Part shown: positions 25,198-38,653 of the stretch, in pieces | How positions within the stretch are numbered: the stretch's first letter is position 1 | How the letters are laid out: each line of letters opens with the position of its first letter | From: Vicugna vicugna | Lineage: Eukaryota | DNA: 64,000 nt | Reading direction: 5' to 3' | Assembly (NCBI GenBank): GCA_013265495.1 | Contig: MU058475.1 | Coordinates: 124,001 to 188,000 of the forward strand | The notes under the pieces: model-generated | What the model was told of the DNA's origin: nothing | The model's database searches: none | What the model saw: the letters and a program-made list of their open reading frames with translations, nothing else | Made by a program: the position numbers and the translations under genes

Positions 25198-25293
25198 CAT
25201 TGAAAGGAAGCGCAGGTTCTCGCTCCAGCAGCTCCCAGAGGCGTCCCCCGGCACCCAGTCCTTTCATCAGCTCTGAATAGAAAGAGCTCAGAC
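25198..25293 (-). CDS. ABCB10: ABCB10 exon 7 (96 nt; [32 protein letters not shown])
   Basis: Acceptor ttctcag, donor gtgggt; phase 1/1. Confidence 0.96.
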
Positions 25294-26012
25294 CTGAGAA
25301 TGAGAAGCAAAGCCACACACATCCATCACCTGTACCAGGAAACGGCCATCTGCTACTCCCATTCCTCTGGGAACAGTGAAAATAACTTGCTTTTAATATA
25401 AAATCTGTTACTTTCAAAAAAGGATTTGCAGCAGCCACCTGCGAATCCATCAGAATTCCCTCTGCCTTATCCCCTTGTCTTCCTTCAGCTTTTCCTCCTC
25501 CAATTTCACTATTTCTAATAAGGATTTAATGTTTGATCAGGGAATTTACAACTACATACAGTCATACTAATCAGCCACTGAATTAAAATCATAGTGTTAC
25601 ACAGAAAGTCTACCTAGTCAAAAACAGAGCAATATAAATAAAATACAACACTTATCCCGTACTCAAAATGGATATAGTGAAGCCCCATGTTCATTTTAAA
25701 GACATCTACAAAATCAAACCCTCCTTTCAAACACTCAGCAAACACAACCTTCACTAGGCTGAAACTGAGAAGAAACTTGGTGATGTTAAATAGTCCAACA
25801 GTCCCTTTTTAAACACCTTTGAATTATGACTTAATGACTTAAACATCAAGTACCTTGGCGCATGTCAACTGCCAGAATATATACTTGTAACACTTTCCCT
25901 CAGTAAGAATGCTGGAAAAAAAATGGAATTTAAATACTCTAAGGTATGTGAATATTTGTGCAAGATGTGGATAAGGGGAGACCACTACATACAAAGAATT
26001 CTTAAACCTCAA

Positions 26013-26172
26013 AGGCTCCACACAAAAACTACTAGAGCTGATAAAAGAAATCAGCAGGGTAGCAGGAGATTCAGCAAGATTAACAGTCAGAAATCAGTGG
26101 CTTTACACTAACAATGAAATACCAGAAAAGGAAAGTAAGGAACAATCCCTTTTAAAATCACATCAAAAAAAT
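26013..26172 (+). mobile_element. Internal L1 ORF2 (RT-region) fragment inserted with a 16-bp TSD
   Basis: Encodes STQKLLELIKEISRVAG. TSD AATTCTTAAACCTCAA (25997-26012) / AATTCTTAAAACTCAA (26173-26188). Confidence 0.75.
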
Positions 26173-27170
26173 AATTCTTAAAACTCAACAACAAAACAAC
26201 CAATTAAAAAATGGACAGACATCTCATAAAAGATACACGGATGGCAAATAATTATATAAAACGATGCTACACATCATATTACTGAAGAAAAGTAAATTAC
26301 AACAATGAGCTACCACCACAAACCTATCAGAAGAGCTAAAATCCAAAACTCTGACATCAAATGCTGGTGACGATGTAGAACAATGGGAACTCTCTCTCAT
26401 GGCTGGTAGGAATGCAAAATGGTAAAGCCATTTTGAAAGAAGGTTTGGCAGTTTCTTACAACACTAAACATGCTCTCACCATACAATGTAGCAATCATGC
26501 TCCTTTGTGTTTACCCAGAGGAGTTGAAAAAGTACGTGCACCCAAAAACCTGCACATGAATGTTCAAAGCAGCTTTATTCATAATTGCCAAAATCTGGTA
26601 GCAACCAAGACATTCTTTGAATGGATAAGTAAACTGCAGTACATCCAGACAATGGAATATAATTCAGCATTAAAAAGAAATGAGCTATCAAGCCATGAAA
26701 AGACATGGAGGAACCGTCAATGCATATTACTACATGAAAGAAGCTAATCTGAAAAAGCTACATACTATATGTTTCCAACAACAGGACATCTAGAAAAGGC
26801 AAAGCTATGGAGACAACAAAAAGTCAGTGGCTGCCAGGGGTTGAGGGGAGAGAGGGTTGAACAGAGCACAGAGGTTTTTTAGGGCAGTGAAACTACTCTG
26901 TCATACTACAGTGGTGGATGCATGTCATTATTCATTTGTCCAGACCCACAGAATGTACAATACCAAGAGCAAACCCTAAGGTAAACTCTGACTTTGGGTG
27001 ATAATGTCAGTGTGTATTTGTTAATTACAACAAGTGCACTGCTCTGGCGGGGGATATTGACCATGAGGGAAGTTGTACTTATGAAGGGGCAAGAGGTGTA
27101 CAGGAGCTCTCTGATATTTCTGCTCAATTTTGTTGTGAACCTATAACTGCTCTTTAAAAAAGTCTATTAA
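26173..27170 (+). mobile_element. Old L1 (L1MC-like) ORF2 end and 3' UTR
   Basis: aatgggaactctctctcatggctggtaggaatgcaaaatgg...; reverse-complement homologue at 49950-50810. Confidence 0.8.
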
Positions 27171-27332
27171 TAGAAAGGAAAAAGGAAGGAAGGAGGAAAG
27201 AAGGAAGGGAGGGAGGGAGTGGAAGAGGGAGGGGGGAAGAAACTGAAGACAAAGGAAGGAATCAGAAGTAGTTTAAAACAGTTAAGGAGTTCAGACTCTG
27301 GCAAACAAAAACAAAAACAAAATGGCCCTAGA

Positions 27333-27726
27333 TAAACAAACGTGGTCTATTCATACAGTAGAATATTATTCAACAATAAAAAGGAATGAAGTACCAATCC
27401 ATACTACAATGTGGGTGAACTCTGAAAACACGCTAAGTGGAAGAAGCCAAACATAGAAGGCCACAGATTATATAATTCTATTTATATGAAATATCTGGAA
27501 TAAGGAAATACATAGAGAAAAAAAACAAACTGCGGTTGCTGGGGCTGGGGTATAGAGTTAGACTGCTAAGTGAGCAGGGGTGTTCTCTGAGGTGATGAAA
27601 ATACCTTGGAACTAAACAGAGGTAGTGGTTGCACAACATTGTGAATGTACCACACAGCACTGAGTTGTAAATTTTAAAAAGATTAATTTTATGTTTTGTG
27701 AATTTCACTTCACTAAAAAAAAAAAA
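27333..27726 (+). mobile_element. Old L1 (L1MB-like) 3' end
   Basis: gataaacaaacgtggtctattcatacagtagaatattattc...A tail. Confidence 0.72.
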
Positions 27727-27998
27727 GTAAGAAAAAAGAAAGTGGAGTTCAATAGAAGACGTAAGAGCATTCTCTGGTATAAAACAAGCACGTTTTTCTT
27801 CAAACAGCACTTCTGACCCTCTCTCAACAGAGAACATAGAATCTAGTTTTTTTCTTCAGTAGAATCTGCTCTAAGCAGAAACCAACATTTCTGCTTATTT
27901 ATTTTAAAATTCTTACTTATTTAATAAATAAAATGGGATTTCTTGCTTGCAGATTCATTACAGAATTACTCTAAGCAGTAAACGTCACAAAAACTTTT

Positions 27999-28435
27999 TT
28001 AAATTGAGTTATAGTCAGTTTACAATGTTCTGTCAATTTCTGGTGTACAGCACAATTTTTCTTTTCAGTCACACATGAATATATGTACATTCATTTTCAT
28101 ATTCTTTTTCACCATGAGCTACTACAAAATATTGAATATAGTTCCCTGTGCTGTACAGTATAAACTTGTTTATCTGTTTTATATATACCAGTCAGTTTCT
28201 ACAAATCTCAAACTCCCAGTCTATCCCTTCCCACCTGCCTCCCCCCGGCAGCCACAAGTTCGTGCTCTATGTCTGTGAGTCTGCTTCTGTTTTACATTTA
28301 AGTTCATTTGTCTTCTTTTTCTTTTCTTTTTTTTTTTTTTTTTTTTTAGATACCACATATGAGTGATATCATATGGTATTTTTCTTTTTCTTTCTGGCTT
28401 ACTTCACTTAAAATGCCATTGTCCAGGGCCATCCA
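27999..28435 (-). mobile_element. Lineage-specific L1 3' end (intron 6)
   Basis: Homologous to L1 3' UTRs at 38654, 49400 and 55000; imperfect TSD CACAAAAACTTTT / CACGAAAACTTTT. Confidence 0.88.
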
Positions 28436-28977
28436 CACGAAAACTTTTAAAATCCAACTCAGCTTGCTGGATTAAATTCCCATAGCCTTAGGTATCTGGG
28501 TTGTGCATGTGGGGAGACTGGTGGTAACAGTTCCCCACAGATCCACCCACACATTTATTCTCCCCTCCGTCACCAGATGGCAGGCACTGTACCAAGGAGC
28601 TGACTAGAGCTGTGGGAGGGCCTGTGGCTCGGAAAGCCAAGTTCCCCAGAAGTCTCAAAACACAGACAAAGCCTCGGGGGCACTTTCTGAAACCAGGGGA
28701 GATAACTGACTCCCAGTACACTGGAACTGTGTTTCCAGCTATTCTGGTGCAAGACACAGTTATGAACTTGTCGGGACAAAAGGCAGGGCAGTAGAACACC
28801 CCAAAACAGAGGTAGCTTTTGTCAGGCTAAGCAGTATGGGAAAAAGGTGTTAGAAGAGGGACCAGGAGAAACAGAGTCAAATGTGGCAGACCACGGAAGA
28901 TTAGGGAGGCCAGGGAGGAAAGCTGACTGTGGTCAAGTGTGGCATGTGCACAGAAAGGCCACAGAGAGGGAAAGCGA

Positions 28978-29135
28978 GGGCGGGAGGGCATAGCTCACGT
29001 GGTAGAGCACATGTGCAGCTGACATGAGGTCCTGGGTTCAATTCCTAGTACCTCCTCTAAGAATAAATGAATAATAAACAAACTTAATCACCTCCCCCTA
29101 CCAAAAACAAGACACAAAACAAACAGAAAAAAGAG
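28978..29135 (+). mobile_element. tRNA-Ala-derived vic-1-like SINE
   Basis: SINE head with B box GGTTCAATTCC, linker and A-rich tail. Confidence 0.83.
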
Positions 29136-30208
29136 AGAGGGCTGCCCTGAGGTGGGACAGAAGGCTTAAAGGAACCCAACCACGCGGGTGTGGGACCCTG
29201 CAGCCCAACAGGCTCAGCCCAGGGTCCAGAGAGAGAAGAGCAGCACCCTCATGGCTCTGTCCTCCTGAACCTGCTTCTTCCAAGTCACTCAGCACCTGGA
29301 AACATCTTAATCAGGCTTTTCTTCAAGACCAGCCAACAGAACTAAAATGCTGTTTTAGGAGTCTCCGGAAATCTCAGTCCAGACAACACCCTCACTTACC
29401 TGCAGGTCTAAGGAAACGCCTCTACCTGTAACCAGCAGACACAAAACCCGGAAAATTAAAATTCCCAGCTGAGGCGACGCTGTGCAACACCTGAGCTCCA
29501 CTGACCAGACTGCAAGCTGTTTATCTAACCTTTCATCTCGGTTTTCAAAGAGAGGAAGGAAAACAAAAAGCAGGAAAGCACCTGCCCCCAGCGGCTGGGG
29601 CTCAGGAAAGCTACAGAAAGGAAAACCTCGCAGACGCCGCGCAGCTTCACCTCCGGGGATCTTGCTTCCCTTCACTCAGACATGGACAGTGAAAGCTGAA
29701 ATCTCAGAAATTCTCGACAAGAGCAAGCAACTGTTTCACACACTTCATAACTTACATATTCTGATTCTTTGCTAGTTTTGAACATGGATGATATAGTACA
29801 AAAGGAATTTCACTCCCCAGTGATTTTCTCACCTTGGGACTATCCCTGCCGCAGGACCGTGGGTGTCCCGCACACACCTGTTCAGCACCATCCTCCCCCT
29901 CCCACCGTTCATTCTGTGATGAAAGGGAGCACGCTGCCTTAACAAGCAGGCTGGACAACGGCTCCAGTGTGACTGTGAGCTCCAGGCGGCCTGCAAAAAC
30001 CCCAAACTTCCCAACCCAGGGAGGACCACACCCCTTTATTTATCTTTATTCTTTCTTTCAAAGTCATGTTGAAAAAATTCTAGGAAATGCTTTTGCAGTT
30101 GGAGTTAGTTGATGCGAAGTGGAGTAATGGGAAAGTTATGTTTTTATTTCAGAAAACTATAACCTGATTTTTCATGTGTAATTCCCCAAGCCGATTTAAA
30201 TTACATAC

Positions 30209-30344
30209 CTCCAACGCTTAATCCAACCCAGAAAGCATACATTAGGAAGGAAGAGAGTTCACCCACGGTCATGTGGGCACTGCCCATCAGCAGGCCTCCT
30301 TTGTACAGGACAGAAAGCACGATCAGGTTCCCGGAGAGCCCGGT
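30209..30344 (-). CDS. ABCB10: ABCB10 exon 6 (136 nt; [45 protein letters not shown])
   Basis: Acceptor cgacag, donor gtatgt; hydrophobic transmembrane segments. Confidence 0.96.
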
Positions 30345-30944
30345 CTGTCGGGGGAAGAAAACACAGAAGTCAGATGAGAACCGAAGACCCCAACATAAAA
30401 AGCAATCACGTGGTCTGTGAGTCTCTTTTTGCATTTAACCATCAAGCAAGGTTTTTCTAAAATATTAAGTTTTAATCTGAATTTTAAAATATTTTTGAAA
30501 TACCACAATATTAAAGGAAATAGTCTTAACATCAAAATCTAGAAGCTAAGTCACCCATCAGATTCCGATTTTACTAAACCTACTCAATTTGTAAATGAAA
30601 AAAATGAAATTTAAGATTCCTTCCCTCACTGGAGGAAATAAATACCTTCTACTGTGGTGGGCTGGGCAGAGTGCCCTGAGACGCTGGAGCCCTGAGTCAC
30701 ACTGACCTGTCCTGACTCTCGTTAGATACATGGTCTCTGGGAAGCGCTGCCTCCTCTGGGCTTCCTTATCTGTTAAGTCACAGCCATCATTGAATCACCT
30801 CTAAAGCTCTTTCCAATTTGAACATACGAAGTTGCCAACACGGTGATTTTCTAGTTCAGTGTCCTACTTGAGTTCACTGTGATCAATATGATCAATTTTT
30901 TGATAGTTCTCTCTTGAAATACACTGATGTTATTTCGGTTAATT

Positions 30945-31130
30945 CTCAGTGGGTCTCAAACTGCCTGCATCAGAATGCGCTGGAGCTAAAACACAGACTG
31001 CTTGTCCCACCTCTAGAGTTTCCAATTCCGCAGGTCCGGAGTAGAGCTGAGACCGCGCACATCCGACCAGTTCCCCGGTAAAGCTGACGTGGCTGGTCTG
31101 GACCATGCGCTGAAGTCACTGCCTGATCCC
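30945..31130. mobile_element. MER5A-like hAT DNA transposon
   Basis: cagtgggtctcaaactgcctgcatcagaat...gaccatgcgctgaagtcactg, degenerate terminal inverted repeats. Confidence 0.55.
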
Positions 31131-31319
31131 ACGCTGTTCTGGTCTCACCACCCACCCCCTGCCTCCTCTCTAACTGCATTTACTTATTTTCCTCCTCCTT
31201 AACAAAAATATTTTAAGGAAGGTAATTCTCAGTCTTGAGGTAGAAGTACTCTCTATGCATGGCAAGAGTCCGGATCATAACATCTACCCGACTCGCTCCT
31301 TCCAAGCTGATCGACTTAC

Positions 31320-31466
31320 TGCTCCGAAGAAGCCAGCGCGAGCAAACGCCTCTTTCCTTGCTAACTGCATCACGTGGTCCACGTTGCTGGTGTATTTCTC
31401 TATTTCAGTGATTTCTTTCCCAAAAGCTCGAACAGTCCTTATATTTCCGATACGTTCCTCAGCTAG
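31320..31466 (-). CDS. ABCB10: ABCB10 exon 5 (147 nt; [49 protein letters not shown])
   Basis: Manual translation (not in the ORF track). Acceptor ctcctag, donor gtaagt; phase 0/0. Confidence 0.95.
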
Positions 31467-32202
31467 CTAGGAGAATAATACATACATTTCAGGGGAGGGA
31501 GGTCACATGTCATGATTTCTGGAGGCAAAATTCAAATGTTTCATCTTTAAGATGCTATCAATAGAAAGCTGCTCATGATACATGACTAAGTCAAAACAGA
31601 TTACAAAGCAGAGTATATGAACAATCCTATTTTTGGAAAAAATATTTATATGCACACATCATATATAGGTAGACAGAAAGATAAATGGGAGGGAAGGTAG
31701 ATACAGAAATATATTTTTATGTGGTGAAAAAGATGAAAATGGATAGAAGCCAAAGAAGGATTCTGCATGTTATTTTTTTTCATTACATTCCCAAATTTCT
31801 AGTTTAATAAACATGCATGGCTTTTGTAACATGAAAATATGTTATTTTTAATTTAAAAAATATATGTATTGGGTAGCACCACAAAACTACCTTCATTAGT
31901 TAATGAAGGACAGAGTATCATCCAGAAGCGATTTTCCGGGTGCGATTAGCTTTCTCATCCTACAAGAAACAGTGGTGGTAAGAAGCCCACAGTGTGCGGT
32001 CAAGTGGGATCCACGCTGAGGTACAGGTCGTAACCTAGCCTAGAAGGCACAGTATTTTACGTTTCTGGGATCAGGGGGGCCCAAGATAAGGAAAAGTAAG
32101 TACTTTTTTTGAACAGCTCGAGCACATTCCTTAGGGCCTGCCCGCCAGGACCTTGGCTCCGAGTTCACTCTAGCGGACGCCACGCCGGAGAGGGGCCTCT
32201 AC

Positions 32203-32337
32203 CTGAGTGGCTTGTGCCAGGGAGTCCTGAGTCACTTTGGTCAGCTTGCGTAGATACCGCCCATAAATCACAGCAAGGATGGATATCGGAGGCACCACAC
32301 TCAAAACGAAAGTGGCCAGATTAGGTGAGACGAAAAA
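32203..32337 (-). CDS. ABCB10: ABCB10 exon 4 (135 nt; [45 protein letters not shown])
   Basis: Manual translation (not in the ORF track). Acceptor tgacag, donor gtagag; phase 0/0. Confidence 0.95.
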
Positions 32338-33886
32338 CTGTCAAAAACAAAAGCCACAGGTATTTTGTTACACAGTGTAGCAAGACATTCTCATAGCCTA
32401 CTGTAAGTGCGTGTGTGTTTAAATTAATAGGCAAGCTGAAATTAAGGAGCTGTCTCAAAATCATACATCCTATTTTGGTGGAACTTTTCGGACGTCTTCA
32501 ATCTTCATGTGAAACGCCGTGAATACTCAGCGTGCCACACAGGAGTAGCATGACAGGGCGCTGCTGAAGAGAGGGTGGGGCTATCTTACCCTCCAATATC
32601 GGACCATTACTGGGGCAGCGCTGTGCCACTGCTTGGGAACTAGAGCGTGTTGTTCAACAACAGAGAAGCAAGAGGCAGGACGGGAGCGAAGGAAGGTGGC
32701 CTCTTCAGCTCCACACTGGCCAGAAAATACCAGGAATTCTGTATTCAAGTCTGGATCATGGGCACTGAACAATGTGTCTCAACTGAAAGGACTAAGAAGG
32801 CAGTGAGACCAAAATACCCTACACATCCCATGACAAAGACTTGAAAGAGAACTTGGTAGGGGGTGTAACAAACAAGTGGAAGAAGGGTTGGAGCCATTTC
32901 CACGCCTCAGAGGACTGAAATCTCAGCTGGGCAGATCTGGACTCAGCACGAGGAGCTTGCTGACAACTGGAGTTGCTCAAAGAGGAGGTAACACAGTGGG
33001 CTTTTCCCATCGTCAGCCCTGAAATCGGGTGGTTGTGTTTTAAATAGTACTAGCATCTCTTCAATAAATTGTTAAAACAGTATAATCAGTACCAGGCTCT
33101 CCTAAAAGCTGAGAAAAAGCTGCAGACTGAAATGCACAGTAATGGATGGATGAGGCAATCATTTATTTACTCACTTATTCAGCAACTTGTTACTGAACGC
33201 CTACATGCAGCAAACACTATTCTAGGCACCTGGGAGAAAGCTGAACCGCATGGGGTTTCATCCAAGGGGAGAGGAGAGGTGGGAGTTAGACAGTGGACAG
33301 GTGAAAGAGAGAAAGAGAATCACCTGAGTGTAATATGGTCTTGCAAGAGCAAGTGTACAGAGCCCCTGAAGCAGCAATGAGCATGGCACCTTCAATTTAT
33401 GGAAGGATCCACAAAAGCGGACAAGCCACGCGGCCCAGCAGGCAAAGGGTGATGGTGGGCAGGACACGTGCAGGGGCACTGAGGCCGTCAGGCAGGCCTG
33501 AACACAACACAGCTCAAGCAAACCCCCTGCACGGGTGTCCTCTGTGGTGGGTCAGGAACATCCACTGATGTTCCCCAGGCCCTGGCAGGTGGTCTCAGAA
33601 CAACCCGCCTCCCGGTGCTCCGGTTCCATGCTCAGAGAGAACCTGAAGAGTAATGCAGGGTCCTGCCACCAGAAAGGAGGGCTGGAATATCAGGAACACA
33701 CGTCTTAAGGTGAAGAGGAAGATCCCATAATGCAAATCACTAAACTGGCAACATAGTATAAACACTAGGTTCTTGGGAGCGGGGTTACCATAATACAGGT
33801 CCAGGGAGCTTGTGAGAAACAAAGAACACGTCTGTCCCTCCAGAGCTGAAGACCAGGACCCCAGGTGACGCCCCTTCATGAGACCT

Positions 33887-34258
33887 TGTTGTAAGCAGAG
33901 TGCTTGTGTCCCTCCGGAATTCATGTGCTGAAGCCTTAACCCCCGTGTAGCTGGATTTGGAAACGGAGCCTCTGAGGAAGTAATTAAGCTAAAATGAGGT
34001 CACAGGGGTGGGGCCCTGATCAAATAGGATTAGTGTCCTTATTAGAAGAGACACCAGAGAACCAGTCCTCTCCACGTGAGCACGGAGGAAAGGCCCTGTG
34101 AGCACATGGCGAGGTGGTGGCTGCACACAAGCCAAAGAGGCCTCAGCATGAACCTGTGTCGGCATCTTGGTCTTGGATTTCTAGACTCCAGAAATGTGGG
34201 AAATAAACGTCTGTTATTTGAGCCCCCGTGTGGCACTTTGTTACACAGCCCAAGGTGA
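33887..34258 (+). mobile_element. MLT1A/B-like MaLR solo LTR
   Basis: tgtgtccctccggaattcatgtgctgaagccttaacccc...ctccagaaatgtgggaaataaacgtctgttatttgagcc. Confidence 0.8.
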
Positions 34259-35608
34259 CCTGCTGTTATGAAAGGAGGTTCCCAGCTCTTCCTGAACCCA
34301 GACTATTAGTATCTTCTGCTGTAGTGCAGAAGGGGTCTTCTCCCAGAGCTCTGCTTCTCTCTTGGCTGGGAATACATGAGATTTCAAAGCTGTCTTCCAT
34401 CCCCTAAGTCCGATCTCACAGGCTTACTCTGGCACATCCTTCTGCTCTGGACTGAATGCTATGCAGGACACAGGACAAGAATCTAAGCTTTCCCACCAGT
34501 GAGAACAGGTGAGTTACAGTCCTCCGTCTAGGGGTCTAGAACTGCACCATCCGTGGTGACAGCCTCACACGGATGCTGGGCACTTGAAAAGTGGCTAGTG
34601 TAACCAAGAAACTAAATTTTTTATTTTATTTAGTTTTTAATTAATTAAAATATAAATTTAAAAACTGACACCTCATTTCTTTTCAGTTACTGGTGAAGTT
34701 TTAAATATGTCTGGAAAATCTGGTATGTCAATACATTTTTTTAACCACAAATTTTATGAAATCTACATATACATCAAATATTTCCAATGAAAATTTAGCA
34801 TCCAGATTTAGATGCTCCATAAGTATAAAATACACACTGTATTTTAAAATCTCGATGTAAAAAAATTTTATATTAAATACATGTAAAACTGATAATATTT
34901 TTTCATATTGAGTTAAGTAATATATATTATTAAGATTAATCTCACCTTTCTTTTTCCTGCTAGAAAATTTAAATCTGCCTATGTGGCCTGTATTACACTT
35001 CTACCGGCCAGCAGCACAGGGCTGAAGAGAAGCCTGGTTGGAAGACACGAGGCATGCAGACGTGACTGCCCAGGCCCCCAGGCAGGGAAGGAAAGAGCAC
35101 AGGCTGTGGGGTGAGAGGGCTCACCTCAAAGGGGTGCAGATCGACCTGTGTGAGCAGGAGGGGCTCCTCCTCCCGAGAGGAGGAGAGGAAATCAGCCCCT
35201 GGGCTCGTCAAGAGCACAGCGGCAGCCCCCTGCCTCCGGAGCGGGTGTGACAGACAGGCTTCCCTCTAACCCACGGCTCGGCACCCGGAGGCCTCCTTCC
35301 TGTTGCTCTTTCCTGCCTTCAGGCACACGTTCTCAGAAAACTCAGGCAATAAGGTAATCTTTTTTAAATGCAACAGTCCATTCTCCAGATAAGAAATCAT
35401 TCTGGAGAAATGAAGGTGCAGGAGGCCACCAAGGAAGAGGCGAGCGCCACGTCCCGCAGCCTCGTCCCGCAGCCTCGGTGACAGCCCTCTTGGCCAAGTG
35501 GCTTATAGAGTCATCAGAACAGCTCACCTGAGCTCATCTCAGGCCTGAGAGGGCCGGTGCAGGCCACGCCCCGACCAGAAGGTACCAACGGAAGCCGGGC
35601 CGACATAC

Positions 35609-35811
35609 CATCATGCCAATGCCAACAGAAGCCTGGGCTCCGGCCCTGAGCCCATCTGAGAGGTTTTCAGTCACCGAGCGCCCCAGGAGTGCAGTGTCTG
35701 AGGAGAGGCGGTTAATCAGTTCCCCCGTGCGAGTCTTGTCAAAGAAAGCAACCTCCTGCCTCAGAACAGAGGAAAAGAGAGACGCTCTCAACCTATTCAC
35801 AATGCGCTGAC
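35609..35811 (-). CDS. ABCB10: ABCB10 exon 3 (203 nt; [68 protein letters not shown])
   Basis: Acceptor ttgcag, donor gtatgt; typical ABC transmembrane-domain FFD...GEL.NRL..D motif. Confidence 0.97.
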
Positions 35812-36659
35812 CTGCAAGGCAAACAGGAAAGCATCAGTGTGGGCACAGCCACCTCACACACTGCGCCTGGCCCGACGGCATCACGTCCTCAGAGCTGCAG
35901 CCTCTGCGGCATGACTGGCGCCCCCGCCCAAAGGGTGACGGAGGGGCATGGGTCTGGTGGGCCCCGTGCCCCCGAGCCCCGGCTCTCACTGGTAACAAGC
36001 ACTCATCTTCTGTCGTAACTACAGACTGCGGAGAAGATACAGTGACGGATATAGTATGATCAAGAGATACTTTTTTAAGGATCATTTACAAAAAGTTTTC
36101 CTATATTAACTTCTCAAGAGCTAATTTTGTTCCTCCTTGGATTGACTTTGTTCCTTTCCTGGATTGCATGTTCAAATGGCAAGAACTGGTTAATTATCTG
36201 GAGTATTTTATCAGCTAAATGGCCAGCAACCGACCTAAGAGTTGGGTATCGCCGGCTCTGTCGTCACATGTGGTCAATGCTTATTAACAAGCAGGCCTTA
36301 CAGAAGCACCGTGCAAACTACCATCCCAGCGCCTCCTGAAGGGGAGACACAGCGTGGGGCAGGTGAGTGGCTTCTGCAGAAGCTTCAAGAAGGCCCAGAA
36401 CTCCAACCTCCCCGAAGACACACCGGCTGTTTCCCTCAGGGCTCGACTCTGGTTCACGTGAAAGAGCTGAGACGAGAGCGGCCGCCGTAATGCAATGCAC
36501 GGCTCCGGCACCGGGCCAGACCCTGGGCTCGGGCCCATGTGACGCTAGGAATGGAGGAAAGGCTGGGGGCTGGAGCACATGAGCCAGAGAGCCACTAACC
36601 CACGAGATCCCCCTCCAAGGTTTCTGAGATGACGCGCCGCCCAAGGAGGGACATTTTAC

Positions 36660-36860
36660 CTGAAGTCTGCATGAGGTAGACACGAACAGCGTTTGCAGCA
36701 GCCCCGCACAGGAACACGCCGCTGAGCACAAGGCAGAGGTGGGTCAGGTTATAGCTGTAGTCCACAGTGGGGTTTGTGTAAATGACGTCGATGACCTTCC
36801 CCAGGAAGAAGGGAGCAGACATGGTGATGACACTGGACACCGCCAGAAACCCAACCGCAG
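36660..36860 (-). CDS. ABCB10: ABCB10 exon 2 (201 nt; [67 protein letters not shown])
   Basis: Acceptor tttccag, donor gtaaaa; phase 1/1. Confidence 0.97.
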
Positions 36861-37519
36861 CTGGAAAACACAAGCACCTCTCAGGTTCAGCGGTGCTCCG
36901 GTCAAGGGGTGGAGTTCATCACGCCTCTTTTCCCAATGAACTCTGCAGGGCACGTGGTGCGCTCAGAGCTGGGGGTTTCCTCCCTTTAGCTCCTGGACCC
37001 TTAGGGCCTCCTTAGGGCCAGACCATGTGGGACGACTGCGGGGGGGGGGGGCTGGCCACACCCAAGTACCCCGGCAAGACACCTTCTGCTTTGCCCTGGT
37101 CCGCTCAGCTCTCCTCTGGCGGGAGTAACTGAGCGCTAGCCGCAAAATCCTGCTCTGGCGTCCCTCCCTGCCTCTTGATCTGGGGGTTCAACTCAGACGA
37201 TATTTTTCTTACATTCATGCTGTACGTTGTTATTCCTTGGCATCTAACTGTGTCTTATCTTGAAGATCAAACTGTGCAAGTAAAGCTCTCAATTATACCT
37301 AAAATTTCAAAGCACTTTAAATAGCCTTTGGAAAATAGTTACGGGCATCCAATACACATGTGATGTGTTCCTTCTTACTATTATGACTCTGGAGAACAAA
37401 GCACCAGAATTATCAGCATGATGTAAAAACAGACGAGAACACAACTGTTCAAACATCTAAAAAACAGACAGAGGGGACAGAGCCTCACCAGGAAAGAAAA
37501 CAGTGAGAAAATCCAGTTA

Positions 37520-38140
37520 GGAAAACCATGTATCACAGATAACTGCATTCATAATAAGCGGAATGCAAATTTACATGACAAAGATTTATCTTTGTATCTA
37601 CTGGACTGGCAAAGATCAGAGAGTTTGGCCACACCGTGTTGGCGAAGCTGTGGTACAAGAAACATTTACACTGTTAGTGGGTGTGCAAGCTGTACATCTA
37701 CAGTGCAGAGCAGTGTGATCTTACCGGTCAGAATGTATATGCACACTCCCTTTCGTCCACCAATTCTCTGAGATTTTAACTTACAGATACACTACATACA
37801 TGTATGTAAAAATCATGCATTCAAGGATGTTTATTACCGCATTGCTTATACCAGCAAAAGATTCAACATAGCCTAAACATTCATCAGTAGAGAACAAATT
37901 AGATCAATTATGGAGCACTTATTTTATAAATATTATGCAGTCACTAAAAAGAATGAGGTGACTGTAGAGCAATCAATATGAAACAATCCACCAAGATACA
38001 CTGTTCGTGAAAAAAGCCCAGAGCACAAATGTTAACATTTGGGGGTTTTTTTCCTTGTTGGTTTTCAAGTTCATCTATGCACAGAACACCTCCAGGAGAG
38101 TAACAGAAAGCAGGCAACAGAGGTTCCCTCTGAAGCGTGG
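37520..38140 (+). mobile_element. Ancient L1 (L1ME-like) fragment
   Basis: Degenerate ORF2-end/3' UTR motifs (aaggatgtttattaccgcattgcttata...). Confidence 0.55.
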
Positions 38141-38653
38141 CACTGGATGGCTGGGGGCACGCTGCATCCACTGAGTACCTTTTGAGTTTGGTCCTGTTAG
38201 GAACCCAGCTAGCGCCATCACTGGAGCCAGCGGCAAGGCTCCCGGGTGGACACAGCACGGACTGAGCCCAAGAGATGGGAGCTCCCAACACCCTGCAAAC
38301 AGCAGTTGCTTCTCTATCTGTGTCCTGCCTAACGTCAACCCTCCAATTAAAGTCTTTACTTCTACATAACCTTAATACAAGTACACGGCGAACTCAGTGC
38401 CAACTGGTTGACAAACAGAGCCGTAGGAGAAACGGGAGCTTGTCAGGGAATGTTTCACCCAATCCCTCTCTCCCCTCCCTGGGGTCCTCTAACACCCCCT
38501 TCTCGAGGCCTGCTCGGACTACCTGATTTGAAATACAGATTCCCAGCAGTGCCCGTCTCCCTCCCTCCCTCCCCATTTGTCTCCCAGCACCTCCCACCTC
38601 CTGGCATTCCAGGTGTTTCACTTGTTTACTGTTATCACTCCATCAGGATAAAA

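Noticed and set aside
35450..35477. 13-bp perfect tandem duplication (CGTCCCGCAGCCT)x2 in intron 3
   Set aside because: Real but an ordinary slippage duplication, about 130 bp from the splice donor.
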